From: Strigamia acuminata
Taxonomy: Eukaryota
Length of the DNA stretch: 64,000 nucleotides
Assembly (NCBI GenBank): GCA_949358305.1
Contig: OX442314.1
Coordinates: 24,676,001-24,740,000 of the forward strand
Direction of reading: 5' to 3'
Shown: positions 35,288-48,722 of the stretch, one piece after another
How positions within the stretch are numbered: position 1 is the stretch's first letter
Layout of the letters: every line of letters starts with the position of its first letter
The notes under the pieces: model-generated
Database searches by the model: none
What the model was told of the DNA's origin: nothing
What the model saw: the letters and a program-made list of their open reading frames with translations, nothing else
Program-made: the position numbers and the translations under genes

Positions 35288-35585
35288 CCGTAGCACCTCA
35301 TATAATAGCCGAGGTTCATTTAATCACCGGCCTCGTTTAAGCGCCGGGCGGTCAACGGCGACTGCCGAAATTGGCGCCGGCCCGGAATAAGCGCCGGGTC
35401 CGGTAAAATCACCAATTTTTTTCAGAAAAATCGATAATTTTAACGAAAAAATCACAATTTTTCAAAAAAATGGTGATTTTTTGGTTATGCGCCGGGCCCA
35501 TATAAATGCCGGGCTTCAAATTGGCGCCGAGGGAGGCGGCTCAAAAAAGGATTAAACGCCCGAGCTATTAAACGGGGCTGTACGA
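35288..35585. mobile_element. Tc2/pogo-like MITE with GCGCCGG subterminal repeats
   Basis: TA|CCGTAGCACCTC ... GGGGCTGTACGA|TA; related remnant starting at 21495. Confidence 0.65.
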
Positions 35586-36260
35586 TAATCCCTTCTTTGT
35601 ATGGTTCTTTATAAAAAATTTAGTACGTTTTGTAAATGTAACCAACAAGGTGTGATTTTCTTGCATCCTCCAACATCAAGTTAAATCTGACTCCCCCCCC
35701 CCCCCCATCCGTTTCAAGAAGTATAATATTTTAAGTCGCTGCTGCGACTATAAATACCAATATTCTTTTCTCTAAAGAAAACAAACCGAAATGTCAAGTC
35801 AAACTAGACAAATGAAACCTCATTAGGCGTTGGTATAAAAGCTTCCAGAATAAATTTCTTTTTTTTATACTTTTTTTAAAGTGCTTTAATAAAGCTGCAG
35901 CCTTAAATTAACAATTTATGGTCATAACTTATTGCATTAATATTAATGAAAAACAAAATAATGCATGAAATGCTTAATCATTATAAATTGTATAGCAGTA
36001 CCTATTCAATTTAGACATGCCCTGGTTACTCGTTTTCAGTTTAAAGGCGATTTTGACAGCACATTTGAGAAATACATTTCCTTATGGACAGTCTTCGGCA
36101 TGGGCAATGCAGTACTATACCAGTACCGTATTAATCATAGGTCAAACCACAATCACAAGACAGAATCGCTCTATTTTATAACAATTATTTTATCTTAGAT
36201 GTAATGTCCTGTAGTTATCATTCTAGGTTAAGCTAACCATTTAGAGTTTTAACATACAAT

Positions 36261-36659
36261 AGGCGCATTCGAAAAGTCATTTGCACTAAACGACTAGTAC
36301 AACTGGTAGTGTAAATGTCAAGTTAAACGACCCAATTTTCGAGTCTAAAAATAAATTTCAGTGTAAATTTAGTGTAAATCCAAGTGTAAATAAATTAGTA
36401 CATGAAAAATATGTAACAATCAGATTGTTGTAAATCAGAATACTAGATTCTGCAAAAATTGAAGCGACAATCCAAGATGGCGCTAAAATAGTTGGTTTGT
36501 GCGCCAATGTCCGTGTAAAGAAAATTAAAACATGGGGTGCAGGTCGTTTCCGTTTAATCAATTGGCACGACATTTACATGAATTAATTGACGTAAATGTT
36601 GTTCAAAAACCGAGTGTAAATGGGTGAACACTCGTTTTAATGACTTTCCGAATGCACCT
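36261..36659. mobile_element. MITE, AGGCGCATTCGAAAAGTCAT family (intact copy)
   Basis: TIR AGGCGCATTCGAAAAGTCATT / AATGACTTTCCGAATGCACCT; flanks AAT/AGT. Confidence 0.8.
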
Positions 36660-37486
36660 AGTGATTTCTAAAACATATTAACCAAGTTTAGCTAGTTAAT
36701 TTTATAACCTTATCAATCTCATCAAACAGGTTTGATATAATTACTTTCCCTTCCAAAGATTTATGTGTACTAAAATAAAGCTTTTCTAGTAACAAAATAA
36801 CAAAGTGTAAAGTTGAAATGATGCTTCTACCGGCTGGAACAGAATAAACAAGTCATGAAAAAGAAGCCACAAAATAATAAACTCTGCCCATCCACACACT
36901 TTTCGCAATGAAACCCACAGAAATCCGGCATCTAGTTAAAATTAATAAAGAAACAAACTACCGTAAAGCTTTGATAATTTTGTGCATGTACATTGAGGAT
37001 GCAGTAAAAGAGCTTTCGTGGTAATAAAAACGATACGCTCATTGACCTCCTCCATCATCATCAAGCTGTTTGCATCGCAATCATCAGGACAGTTATCTGT
37101 TCTCAGTTTATTATTGAATAAATTTAATTAAATACCAAATTTCTGCATGTGTTAGTCAATAAATCCTGTCCATTCTGATAATTTGATACCTTATGGAGTT
37201 TGTTACAAAGCAGAAAAATGTAACAAAATTAAGCAGAAGTGCATAGAGCCATTAAGAGAAGAGATGGAGCCCCAAACAAGTCGCAAATGTGTAAGAATAA
37301 AATCCATAAATGCGATAATGCTATAAATCTTTTACCATTTATTATTTACATTGCAGATTTCATACAAAATATTACTCAAAAGATAATTTAAATGAAGTAA
37401 ATAGTAATAAAAGCTATACGAATATAATATTTAGAAGACCTTTGAGCTGCGGCCCCAAGCCAAGTGTCCCTGTTACTGCTAGTTAT

Positions 37487-37858
37487 ATACTCAAACCCAT
37501 CATAAGAGTGGCCTACTTTCCATTGGCCCAGCCTCATAACTCCTAACTGTGGACTGTGTGCTACCACCAGTTTTGTTTTTAATTTCTTTGATTACTTAAT
37601 AATTGAAACGATGTAATGTTATTTGTATTTTATAAGAAAATGTTTTTTCAATTCATAAACTAAAGATTTAAGATGTTTATATTTCAATATTCATGTTTAC
37701 CGGTATTCAGTTTATCGCTTGCTTTGTCAGGAAAGCAAACAATTTTCTAACAATAGGTAATCGATTACAATGTCTGTAGATTGTAATGCAATTCTCGTGT
37801 TTGGGTGAAATGGCTCGGCCAATGAAAAATAGGCCACTCTTATGGTGAGACAGAGTAT
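37487..37858. mobile_element. Long-TIR MITE related to 3699-4126
   Basis: Inverted arms CATAAGAGTGGCCTA / TAGGCCACTCTTATG; shared AATCGATTACAATGTCTGTA core. Confidence 0.7.
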
Positions 37859-39744
37859 AGACATTAAGTCAAGAAATCAATGTTAAAAAATTAACTCATC
37901 CACCTTAATTTGAAATATCTTTGAGATGACTTATCACAGAGAAATAAAATGATATGTAGAATAAAACCCTGTTGTAGAAAATCCAACGTAGTTGATTAGT
38001 TTGCAAACAGTTTTCAAGTGTGCAGCACTGAACAACTTCGTACGGCGACACGATTGTCCAATAACGGTCACAGTTCAATAACGACAACAGACCAAGTGGC
38101 TTGAGTAGATAAAAAGTGCTGACTGATCCGGTTTTGTCCTCACAACAGGACAACTTCAGCAGCTGGTTCAAATTAATGCGACTATCTGCCACAGGTTGGA
38201 CATCGGATGAAGCGGATGTTTTAACCGACCACCTGGGTATTATATTGACCTTGTGGGACTTGCAGGCTACAATATCACGATCGATGGGCTGATTAGGGAG
38301 TGGCGCCTTCTAACCCAACCATAATGAAGACCAATATCGTGTTTCCTTCATTTCTTAATGTGTAGTGGCATCCATCTAGCCAGTGGTTAACCAATGAAAC
38401 ACGTTGGAAACAAAATCAATGTGTTGATTTGCGACAGCACGATTGAAAGAAATTAGAGCACTAACCTAGGTTTAGCTTGTCAAAGATTTATGTGAAATTT
38501 TGACAACGCAAATGAAATGATAATAATCATCGCATAAATCAGCATTATCCTATCACTAACTATCGAGTTAAAATGCTGCGCAATCGTAGATGCATTAAAA
38601 AATCATTTATCTCACGTTTATCTCACTTAAACAGGTCTAAGATAAATGTTTTAGACCACTTAGTACACAGTTTGCAGCAGGTGCTTTTCCCTTTCAATTA
38701 TGACATTTTTTACACTATATTTAGTGAAGGTAAAAGTTTTAAAGTTTGGGTTGCGGTTGAAGTTTCATGTCATAGTTATAAAATTAGACTTAACCTTATA
38801 CATGTCACGTGATTACCGAAACTAGTATTGTCTTGTTAGCATAAAAGGGGAGAATTCTTGTTTTTAAATGTTTTAATATAAAACTGCAACTTTATTATTG
38901 TGAATTTACTGTAAATGAATTCAAAGCAAAAACAATTAGATAAACCGTAACATGTGCTCTGCGCGTGAATGAAGCGGAGAATTCAAAATGGCGGCGACAG
39001 AGATCATTGATTATCCAAATTTTTAATCAGTGACGTAAATAGTGGAAAACTACCGGACTGGCTACGCTATTTTCAGAAATAGTGTAAGCTCCGGTGGAGT
39101 TATAAGTTTTCCACTATACTTATAGGCATAACGAGGGTTTTTATAGAGAAAAGTACCTGCCGCAAACTGTGTAATGTCCACAAATTTTGAGTTTTACAAT
39201 TAGAAATTATCCAAACTCAAATTTAAACAACCTTTTTGAATAAACTCCTTATTCTGTTCTCACAGTTCTCATTAACTCGTGATAATCCATTTTTCACACA
39301 TAATCCTAGTCTAAACCAACCGTCACCTTTAATACTTTAATTTACCAGGCAAACAGTTGTGAAACAAATTCAAATTATTTTAATTAACCAATAAAAGCCA
39401 CTGTAGCCCAGTAAACCCGAGAACCACACCATACTCGGCTTTCATTCCATTGCACGCATCAACGCAAATTTTGTATTACAATCCTTAAACAGGAGGTTAG
39501 AGATTTTAACGGATGATCGCATGTGGTGTTGCCGGTTGGCGGTTTGCCGATCGGCTTTTTTCTCTTGCAGCTGATGAAAAATGGTTCTTACAATAGGGGA
39601 ATGCGAATCAAACCATAAATCACAATCTGCCTGCAACTATATAATTGGAGTTAAACGTATTAACTCAAGCCAAATTAAGCGAAGCCAACAAATTCTTCCT
39701 TCGGAAAATTGTTTCTTCTAGCTTTAAGATAGAAATATCTAGAT

Positions 39745-40053
39745 CAGGGTTTCCCAAACGGTGAGGCGCGCCTCACTGGTGGGGCGCGAGCTGATTATTG
39801 GTGGGGCGCACCCATCATACATGCCTACATAAAACAAGCTTATTTTGCAAACTTTTATAAATTTTTAACCAAAATTATATAAAATTATATAAAAAATTAT
39901 ACACAGTTTTATGCAAATTTATATTAAAATTTCTTTTTTTCTTTTTAGTAGTATATTTTTTAAAAATTTAATGCACTGGTAGATGAAGTGGGGCGCAGAA
40001 AATCGCCTTGCTTAAAAAGTGGGGCGCGATGCTAAAAAGTTTGGGAACCCCTG
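39745..40053. mobile_element. hAT (Charlie/Buster-like) MITE
   Basis: TIR CAGGGTTTCCCAAAC/GTTTGGGAACCCCTG; perfect 8-bp TSD ATCTAGAT. Confidence 0.92.
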
Positions 40054-41199
40054 ATCTAGATGTAGCCAGTACTAACCATTTATTTTCTATACTCATTTCA
40101 AATGGGTACGTCGGCTTGTAAGCGTCGGCCTGTGTATTTACGCCAAAATTTTAATGATTAACGATGACTAAGTACCTTTTTTCCCCATTTTATTTCTATT
40201 AAATTCCAATCCATTAATGGCAATTGAAAGAATTTTTTTTTTAAATCTGATTTTTTTTCTTACATTGACACACATTGTAACTAATGGCCAATAATGAATG
40301 CCTTTTATGCTGGTTTCCCACTTGACTGAAACAATGCAGAAAGTCTTTTGTTTACTGCCCACGTTTCCATCTGCTATGACATCACAATTGAATAGAATTC
40401 GTATGTTTTCTGCCCACTTTTCTGCCATACAAGAACCAACAAAAGAAAAGATGAATTTCCACCTCTGAAAATGTTCTGCTACAGAAACCTTTCTGTCGTC
40501 TCATTCAGTTAAGTGGCAACCCAGCATTAGCCAATCAAGAAACTTCACACACCACTATTAAAATTCAAATCTTGCTATCACAAACACGAGTTGGCGGGAA
40601 TTGAAATGATTCTGATTGACTACAAGCAATGCTCGCTGCGTTGCGTTGAACTTCAACTTCAAGTTGACGTTCGAATTAACATCTGCCTGACGTAATTTTG
40701 ATATTGCAAAGACACAGCCAGCTTGTGTTGCGTCATGTTTCAGAGCATTGCGTTCAGTGTGAGCACACTTGTGAACCCACCATTACAGTAATGTCGAAGT
40801 GAGAAAGCAACAGCAACTCGTTTCATTGCTCAGAATGATAAAACAGAACTCAAGACGCTCAGGTATAAAAATATGTACGACTGAGAAGCAACCTGATGAC
40901 CATCTGAAGGTGGACTGGAAGCCCTCATTTGGTTTTTGTATGCCAGCAGTGCAAATATTGTTATTATCAAAATCTGACTGAAGTAAAAATAAAATTTTAA
41001 TAGTAGATTGGCCAACAGAAAATTCTTAAGCTGCAAAAGTTACTGGACTGCAAAGTACGAACAATGTAATTCAAACAGTGCGAAAACCCCAATGCTGCAA
41101 GAAGGGCTCGGCTGCGATGCATTAACAACAGGTGCGTTCAATCTGGTGAACTACAAGTGCCTCTTATTACTTTCTTTCCTTTTGCTCCTTTTGGTCAGC

Positions 41200-41492
41200 G
41201 GATATGACGTAAGAAATCTCATTGCTTGCAAAAGAAAAGTTCCAAAAAGTACCTTGACCCCCCCCGCGAACCTAACCTTACTGGTTTTTTGATGCAAACC
41301 ACTTTTTTGAGCCGGCTTGTCGCGGTAAATCTTCTTGCGTCACTAAAACTTAGCAATTGCTAAAATGTCGCGTCGCTAAAACGTGTCGATCACTACTGGA
41401 AAATTACCTTATTGTCGCTAAAACGTGATCGCTAAAATGGAACTTTTTTTGTAAAAATCGCTAAAATGAGCGTCACTAAAATGACTATAACC
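41200..41492 (+). mobile_element. MULE-like element (CGCTAAAATG repeats), sibling of 44031-44337
   Basis: Shares the CCCCCCGCGAACCTAACCTT block and the ...GACTATAACC end with 44031-44337. Confidence 0.65.
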
Positions 41493-42767
41493 GATTCTGA
41501 GTGTCTCAGCTGCGGCTACTATTCGAGGGCGGCAGGTAAAAATCTGAAATAAAGCTTTAAGCTTTAAGCAGAAACCACCGAAGAATAGGTTTAAATTTTA
41601 AAGAAATAGCATAAAGTTAGAATTAAAAATAACTTTTAAAATATTTGTATATTTGTTGTATTCCACAGTAAACCGCTAGTTATTCTTTAAAATGAAATCT
41701 CAATCACTTACCAAAGCAATCGAATCGGATGCAAAAGTTTTCAAGAAGGAGAAAAAATATCCACAATGAAATTGTGAGACCATAGTAGAAAAGAGCTTTA
41801 TTTCTTAATCGAATGCCGTTGTCTACTCATCAGCTTTAACAAAACTCAAACCAGAAAGCTTAATGGACTTTTCTCTTCTCCACTTTCAAATCAATTGTAA
41901 AACTTTGCATTTTTTTTTCCACTCTCCTAACTTTTTTAACGCACTAGCTAATTCTAATAAATTTTAAATCAAGAAAACTAAAAGGACTAACGGAATGAAG
42001 AAAAAAATCACTTTAGCAACTAGAATTATATCAAATTTATAAATTTATAAATTTATAAAATGAACCGATCACTAAAATGATCAGTTGCTAAAATGACGTC
42101 GCTAACCTGAAATCGCTAAAGTGAACCAGGTTCCATAATAAAAGTGTTTTTAAAAACTATTCAATACTTTTAAAGCTGCTTCTTTCAGGGTTCTCATTGC
42201 TTAAACCACCGCCATTTACTAATTAAAAATTATCTCCACAGCATGCTCTACAAATTGCTGTAGATACAGTTAGCAACACAAGTATAGAATCTCCTTCAAT
42301 TCGCTACAAGTGTAACTACCGGTAAATAATTCTCCAATTAAAATCATACCTACCAAACAACAATAGCTGCATTCAAAGTTAGTAGCTGCATTCAAAAAGT
42401 CTAAAACGACTCGTTTCTGTCGTTTCGTGTTGATACGTGTAACGTCATTCCCATGTTTCAATCGGTTTTTTTCCGTTCACAACATTACAGCTAATCGTCG
42501 AATTTTGGGCACATTGATGTGTCCACAGGTTTGGTGCAAGTGCCAGCGCATCGTTCAATCGTGCCTAAAATAATGTGGCATTCTAACCTACCTAACCTGT
42601 CCTAGCCTATCCTTGATGCCACAGAAGATGCTTTGAGAATAAAAAAACTCTCAAACATGTAGAAAATGTAAAACAGGATACTGCTACCTGTCAATAAGAA
42701 TTTTGAACCAAAGCATTTTCCTCTGTCAATAGACACTGCATATAATAAAAGTAGAAAACTTGTAATA

Positions 42768-43132
42768 CTGTTTTATCTCGAGTAAGAGCCGCGGCTCTCA
42801 TTCAAAACAGGCATCCTGAGCAGCTGCTCTTAATCGAGGGCAGCTTTTAATCGAGGGCGGTTCTTATTTCAATTATTTACCATATTTTGATTAAAATTTC
42901 ACTTTATTCCATTAAAATTTCACTTTTTTCCATTAAAATTTCACTTTTTTTCCATTAAAATTTCACTTTTTTCTATTAAAGTTTCAATTTTTTCCATTGA
43001 AATTTCACTTTTTTTAAATTTTCAATCTAAATAACCATCATCATCGACGAATTTTTCATTAACCGTTTACAATAGCCCTCAAATAGTAACCCAGCTACAA
43101 AACGAGGGCGACTCTTAATCGAGAAAATACGG
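42768..43132. mobile_element. Tc2/pogo-like MITE with an internal ~21-bp tandem repeat
   Basis: Family-C-like TIRs with TA flanks; CCATTAAAATTTCACTTTTTT repeated about six times. Confidence 0.75.
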
Positions 43133-43785
43133 TATTTTTGGTTATCCGCCTGAGAATCCAGATCAAACCTGGAGAAATGCAACTTTGGCTTCAGCATTGA
43201 GCAATATTGCACCATAATGAAACTATCAGTCAAAGAATCAATCAAAGTCCCTCTCCCGTGTGACAGCTTTGAGAAATGCAATACACACTTCAACCGAGTC
43301 GATCCGATTTATTAGCAGTGTTGTTGATTAAACATTGCAGTGAAATAGACCATTACACAGCATTAGCTGCCACACCTGAATAAGCAAATGGTATCATAAC
43401 CATCCAAATAATGTTGGGATTAAAATTGACCTGTTTATATGGCGCTTAAGAAGGCATTCATCAACACTTTCATTTATGCCACATCGATTAAGCACCCAAA
43501 TTAAATTGGATCAAAAACAATCAATTCGATAACCAAATATTAAATTACCAAACTCCATATTGGTTATCTTGGAACAATCAAATATCAACGAAATGAAATT
43601 CGTCAAGTGAAAAAGACTCACAGCAATAAAAACAAAACAAATTTTACTGTGCCATAATACAGCATTTCTCTAACTATGTAATGTAGCAGACCAGTATCAT
43701 ATTCAGCTGCGGAGAAATTTTGATGAAATTAGGCCTAAGTAACATTTATGTAAAGCGAACCCAATTTTATGCAGTTTAGATTATA

Positions 43786-44481
43786 CCGTATTAGCCCGCT
43801 TATTGCCGCATGCCGTTGGGCATGGGTTTATCATCTTTTTCAAATCTCGCTCAAAAAGTCTATACCGGCATGCGTATATAGAGCGAAACATGCCAATAAA
43901 AGTGAAAAAACTGTTTTTTTTTTGTTTTTTTGTTTAAAAGAGCCCAGATAAATAATTATGTTAAAATTTGGGCCTGAAATTTAACTACTAAATTTTTGGA
44001 AAAATTTATAGAAATTTAGGCCAATTTGCTGGATGTACATCATTTTAGCGATTTCATTTTAGCGATTTCATTTTAGCGACACACCATTTTAGCAAACATG
44101 TCATTTTAGCGACACAAAAACCTAGGTTTAATTCCTAAGAAGGGCTAACAAGGGGGGGCTGCGCCCCCCTTGACCCCCCGCGAACCTAACCTTGCTGGTT
44201 TTTTGATGAAAACCACTTTTTTGAGCCGGCTTGTCGCTAAAACCTAGGTTTTTGTGTCGCTAAAATGACATGTTCGCTAAAATGGAACTTTTTGGGTAAA
44301 AATCGCTAAAATGAGCGTCGCTAAAATGACTATAACCGAATTTCCTACATCTTGGACATCTAAATATGCGTTATAAGCATGTTTTGGGCTCAAAATTAAA
44401 AAAAAAATTCATACTCACTTATATCGGCATGCTGGTATTACTCGCACTATACCGACATGCGGCAATAAGCGGGTAATACGG
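43786..44481 (+). mobile_element. Tc2/pogo-like MITE family D interrupted by a MULE-like element
   Basis: Aligns with 7054-7490 apart from the insert. Confidence 0.85.
44031..44337 (+). mobile_element. MULE-like non-autonomous element
   Basis: GG...CC ends, TIR core TCATTTTAGCGA, ~9-bp duplication CAATTTGCT/GAATTTCCT of the empty site TAATTTCCT. Confidence 0.65.
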
Positions 44482-44656
44482 TATGAGATTAGATGGGGTT
44501 TTCTAAGTTTATTGACTGACACCAAAATATTAAACTTATTCTAAAAATATTATCTTTGCGTGTCAATAGTAAAGTGACAGACCGGCTGCCCCACAGAGCG
44601 GACTTGGTCTGCAGACCTCCACTTTGAGAAGCGCTGTCAAATATCATAGTGTACAC

Positions 44657-44804
44657 TAGTGATTCCCATACTGGAAGCCGCAGGGTCGCAGCGACTAACA
44701 TGCAAAGATGCCGTGACTGACCTACATAGGGACTACGACCACCTACAGGGGAGCCGTGACAAGTTAACAGGGTGCCGTGAACCAAAAAGGTTTGGTAACC
44801 ACTA
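44657..44804. mobile_element. hAT MITE
   Basis: TAGTGATTCCCA...TGGTAACCACTA; 8-bp TSD GTGTACAC/GTGCACAC. Confidence 0.75.
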
Positions 44805-44897
44805 GTGCACACAGCAAAAGTGTGATTCCTGCAACTTTTACACATACATCCTTTGACAAACGTAAAAGCTAACAACTAAACTCTATTTAAAGAATTA

Positions 44898-45046
44898 AGG
44901 CTCGTTTACATTGTTGCGAAATTTAGCACCATTTCAAGTCTACTCTGAAATTTCGCGTGCGAAGGGTTGCCACACAAACTTTCATGCGCGAAATTGTCGC
45001 GTTCGCGTCAATTCGAACGCAATTTTGCAACAATGTAAACGAGCCT
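44898..45046. mobile_element. PIF/Harbinger-type MITE
   Basis: TTA|AGGCTCGTTTACATTGTTGC ... GCAACAATGTAAACGAGCCT|TTA. Confidence 0.88.
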
Positions 45047-46052
45047 TTAATCTTACATAAAACAAGTGTCTTCCGTCAGAACAAGTTCCTCAAATGTAAG
45101 AAATGGCACTTGGCACATAGTATCTCACACGGTTGGCACTAAATAAGTAAAGGATTTTTTTTTTAAATAAAGATTGAATGCGTTGCTAATATGTTATCAG
45201 TCACTTGGAACTGCAAAGTGACAAATAAATGAATTGGCTGATCAAAAATTTGAGATAAACGAGTGAGAAAAACGAGCCATCTTTATTCTTCTAATAGAGT
45301 AGTCGGTAACGTGATAAATAAAGCATGTCCCGTGTAAGAGTTAGTGATTAATTGGTGTTGCTCATTGCACTTTGCTTGACGTTTTGAACTACGATCTCTT
45401 CGCGGCGCTCATACATTTATAACGACAGCATCAATGAATACAGTCTGACACTGATTTATATTCACAACAAACCGACAAAAAAAATCTGAATCAAACAGTT
45501 TGTCATCATAGCGATTCAAAAGACACACCCCCCAATGATTTAACATGGAAATCTGAGTAGACCGACCATATTTTAGAGAAGCCAAGACTGCTGCCAGAAG
45601 AAAATACCACGGTATTTTAACCTAACTTAACTTGTGTCCTAACTCATCCTAAATGTGCTAACAGTCCTTGTTGTAAGCAGAAAACAGGAAGCAGGATGGT
45701 TTTACATAGCAATGAATAATTTAAAACGAAGTATTCGCTACTGTCAAGCCAATGCAATGTGCAAAAATTAGCAATCAGCAACTGGATAACTTATCAAAAT
45801 CGTCAGGAAAATCTCATAAATATCGATTTCAGTCCTGGAACAGCACAAAATCGTTGCGTTGCTTGGGAAACTTCATTTAACACTAATTTTTTCCACTAGA
45901 GGCTTCTTTTTGTTACAGAAAAGACGGAAGTCCATATTTCCATTGGTCACTTCCAGAACGTTTCAAATGAACACGAGGCGGATTTTTCAGAATTTCACAG
46001 AACTTCTGGCAAATTTCTTTAAAAACTTTGCTTAATTTCCAAGAAAATATCT

Positions 46053-46305
46053 AAGATTTCAAAGATTTTCAAGATTTCAAGGATTTCCAGGATTTCCAGG
46101 ATTGCCAGGATTTCAAGGATTTACAGAATTTACAGGATTTCATGGATTTTCAGGATTTTCAAGATTTCAAGAATTTTTAGGATTTTCAGGATTTCAAGGA
46201 TTTTCAGAATTTCAAGGATTTTCAGGATTTCAAGAATTTTCAGGATTTCATAGATTTCTAGAATATATGAAATTTCTACAATGTCTGAGATTTCATGAGA
46301 TTTCA
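46053..46305. repeat. 9-bp minisatellite (CARGATTTY)
   Basis: More than 20 degenerate tandem units read directly. Confidence 0.9.
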
Positions 46306-48364
46306 AAATCTAAAATCTTGGCCCTTACGGTATTTCCAGCACTGACTACTCAATCACCATATTTCCACTCTTCAATTTAAAATACAATTTATTATCCAAA
46401 TTTTACAGACAATTTATTTTTGTACATCATTTAGGAGTTCTTTAAACACACATAGTGGAAACTGACATCGCCAAGGACTTCATCCGCATTGTGCTAATGG
46501 ATAGAGTCATTTCTTTTTCTTTGGCATGCTTTTACTGTATACAGGAGGGGCTGGTCGTATGGTGTAAGTCAATCAGAATTTAAATTGGTCTGAAAGGGGG
46601 GGATTTTCGAAATGGATAGAATCCTATTACAGCCAACTTTTGGAGACAGTTTGAAGTACCGCACGGTATAAAACTCGGCCAAAAAGCCATGAAATTGTCA
46701 ACTTTAATAGTGACTGCATTCATTTAGTCATTTAAATGAGTAGAAATCGCTTCTTAACACATAAAACAGCTATGCACAAACCACATAGGCCAGCCACATC
46801 GCTTTCTGTGGCTGCAGAGGTCGACCTGGCTAACAATGTTTGGCATCTCATTGATTATATAGCAGATTGTTACAAATACATGACTCGCCTTTAACCCAAA
46901 CATTTATAACTTAAAACTACAAATTAACCAAAACGTGTTTCACAAATACCCTATTACTTAGCACTTTCCTGGTTTTACATGTCCATCTCGTCCAATTATG
47001 TTAATTCTTTAACAACGCCGAAGAACTAGAAATGACGAATAAAAATCCCAATCCTCGCAACTGCAAGGCTGCGAAGTGCAAAGCCTTGCAATAGTGGAAT
47101 TATTGAGATTGAGCCAACTGAATTTTAATACAAAACAACTTATTTTTTCTCTTTTTAAATACGATGAAAACTTAAAACGGGGCGCATGAATCAGATTACA
47201 GTAGGTAAAAATCCTAAAATGGAACTTCCTCGCCGTCGTTTACACTGTGCCAATGTATACCACTCACTCGTGCTATTGTGCACTTCCTTTCCATTGACTA
47301 GAACCTCGAGAACTCGAGAAAAGAGTTAAGGGTCAATGAAAGAAATTTATAGTCTAACATCTCAACAGGGGGCGCCCAAATGCCATCGCAATGGGAATGT
47401 ATTGCACATTTAAATGTCTCTTCACTTCACATACCAAAACATCTCCACTCGCGTCTTTAAAAAAAATATATTTCTATATTTTTTTTTAGATGAAGAAAAC
47501 GTGCTCACGGTGCACTGATTTCCTTTTCTTTCCCAGCCATACCTCCTCAACGTGTATCCCTTCGCTTTATACTCCTACACATTGCAGATATAAAATATAA
47601 AAAGTGGAGCACGATTTGTCGGTGCATTGACCTAAGACGTTGCATTTGCACTCATCAATCAATGACAGTTAATGGAAAGAACCGGCAACTTTTTTTTCTT
47701 ATATGCCTCCATTTCCCTTCTTCCGTTCCCCGTAGAGAGATTCATCTGGTGGATTATACCCGGCTAAAATTCAACTTAACCCTTGAACATCTCAGTATTG
47801 AAGACATTTCTCCACTTTCTTCACACACGAGACCTTTTCGAGCATAAAACCTCTATTTGCTTATCCGTAGAAACCCAGACTCAATTTCAACTATAAAAAG
47901 ACAAAATCCATTGCAAATCCAAATATATCTTATGACCTCACTAGATGTCATTTATAATGGTTTGTTTTAGCTCCGAGACGAGTTGATTATATCTCCGATG
48001 CATCAGGGTAAAATATAAAACCATTAATTAAAGCGCCATTTAAATTTGTTTTTAGTTCGCTACTAATTTTATAAAGAGCACTAGTTGTCCAAAAAAAATA
48101 ATAAAAAATTTTGCACCATCTAGTGGTGGTTTTAAACACTACTGAAAAAAGCTGAAAGCAGTTAACCGAAGCTCTCTTGACTAATGCAGCAAAGCTAGCT
48201 TGGAAGTTAGGCTGGAGTTTCAAGGAGCAGAAAATTTCAGTTTGGAATAATTAATTATAAAATATAAATAACCAATGACTACAAATTTTACCTGGAATAA
48301 ACATAGTCACAAAATTTCAGCAAAAAAAAACTGTTGTACGTAAGCACATAAACTTATAGCCTTA

Positions 48365-48722
48365 TACCATGTTCACACCAACGATCGAGTTTGGCTTGAT
48401 CTGATCCACCCGATCAGATCCAACTGAACAGATTCCAACATTCACTTGAGTGGAGTTTTGTTCACATCAAAATGTGATTCAATCACACCAAACCGGGTTT
48501 TAGCAATGCGCAACAATGAAATGACAACATTATTATGCTGACATTATTTAATGAATTCCAATCCGAATCCAATCGTCGAATCGAGCTGTGGGAACTCGAT
48601 GGCCGAACGGAGTTGTTGGGCACACGAATCTAGATCAGCGAACAGAGTTCAGTGTTCATACCAATCTTGGATCTAGATCCACTGCTTCGGGTGAGATCCA
48701 AAAGCTTGGTGTGAACATGGTA
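48365..48722. mobile_element. PIF/Harbinger-type MITE
   Basis: TTA|TACCATGTTCACACCAA ... TTGGTGTGAACATGGTA|TTA. Confidence 0.85.

Noticed and set aside
37905..38320. Open minus-strand frame in a moderately GC-rich patch
   Set aside because: No recognisable domain, codon bias or convincing splice sites.
40264..40465. Possible phase-0 minus-strand exon continuing the 53.3-kb gene
   Set aside because: AG/GT borders exist, but the peptide is not recognisable and such frames arise by chance.
46102..46380. 92-aa FQGFSG-repeat ORF
   Set aside because: Translation of a 9-bp minisatellite with a non-ATG start.
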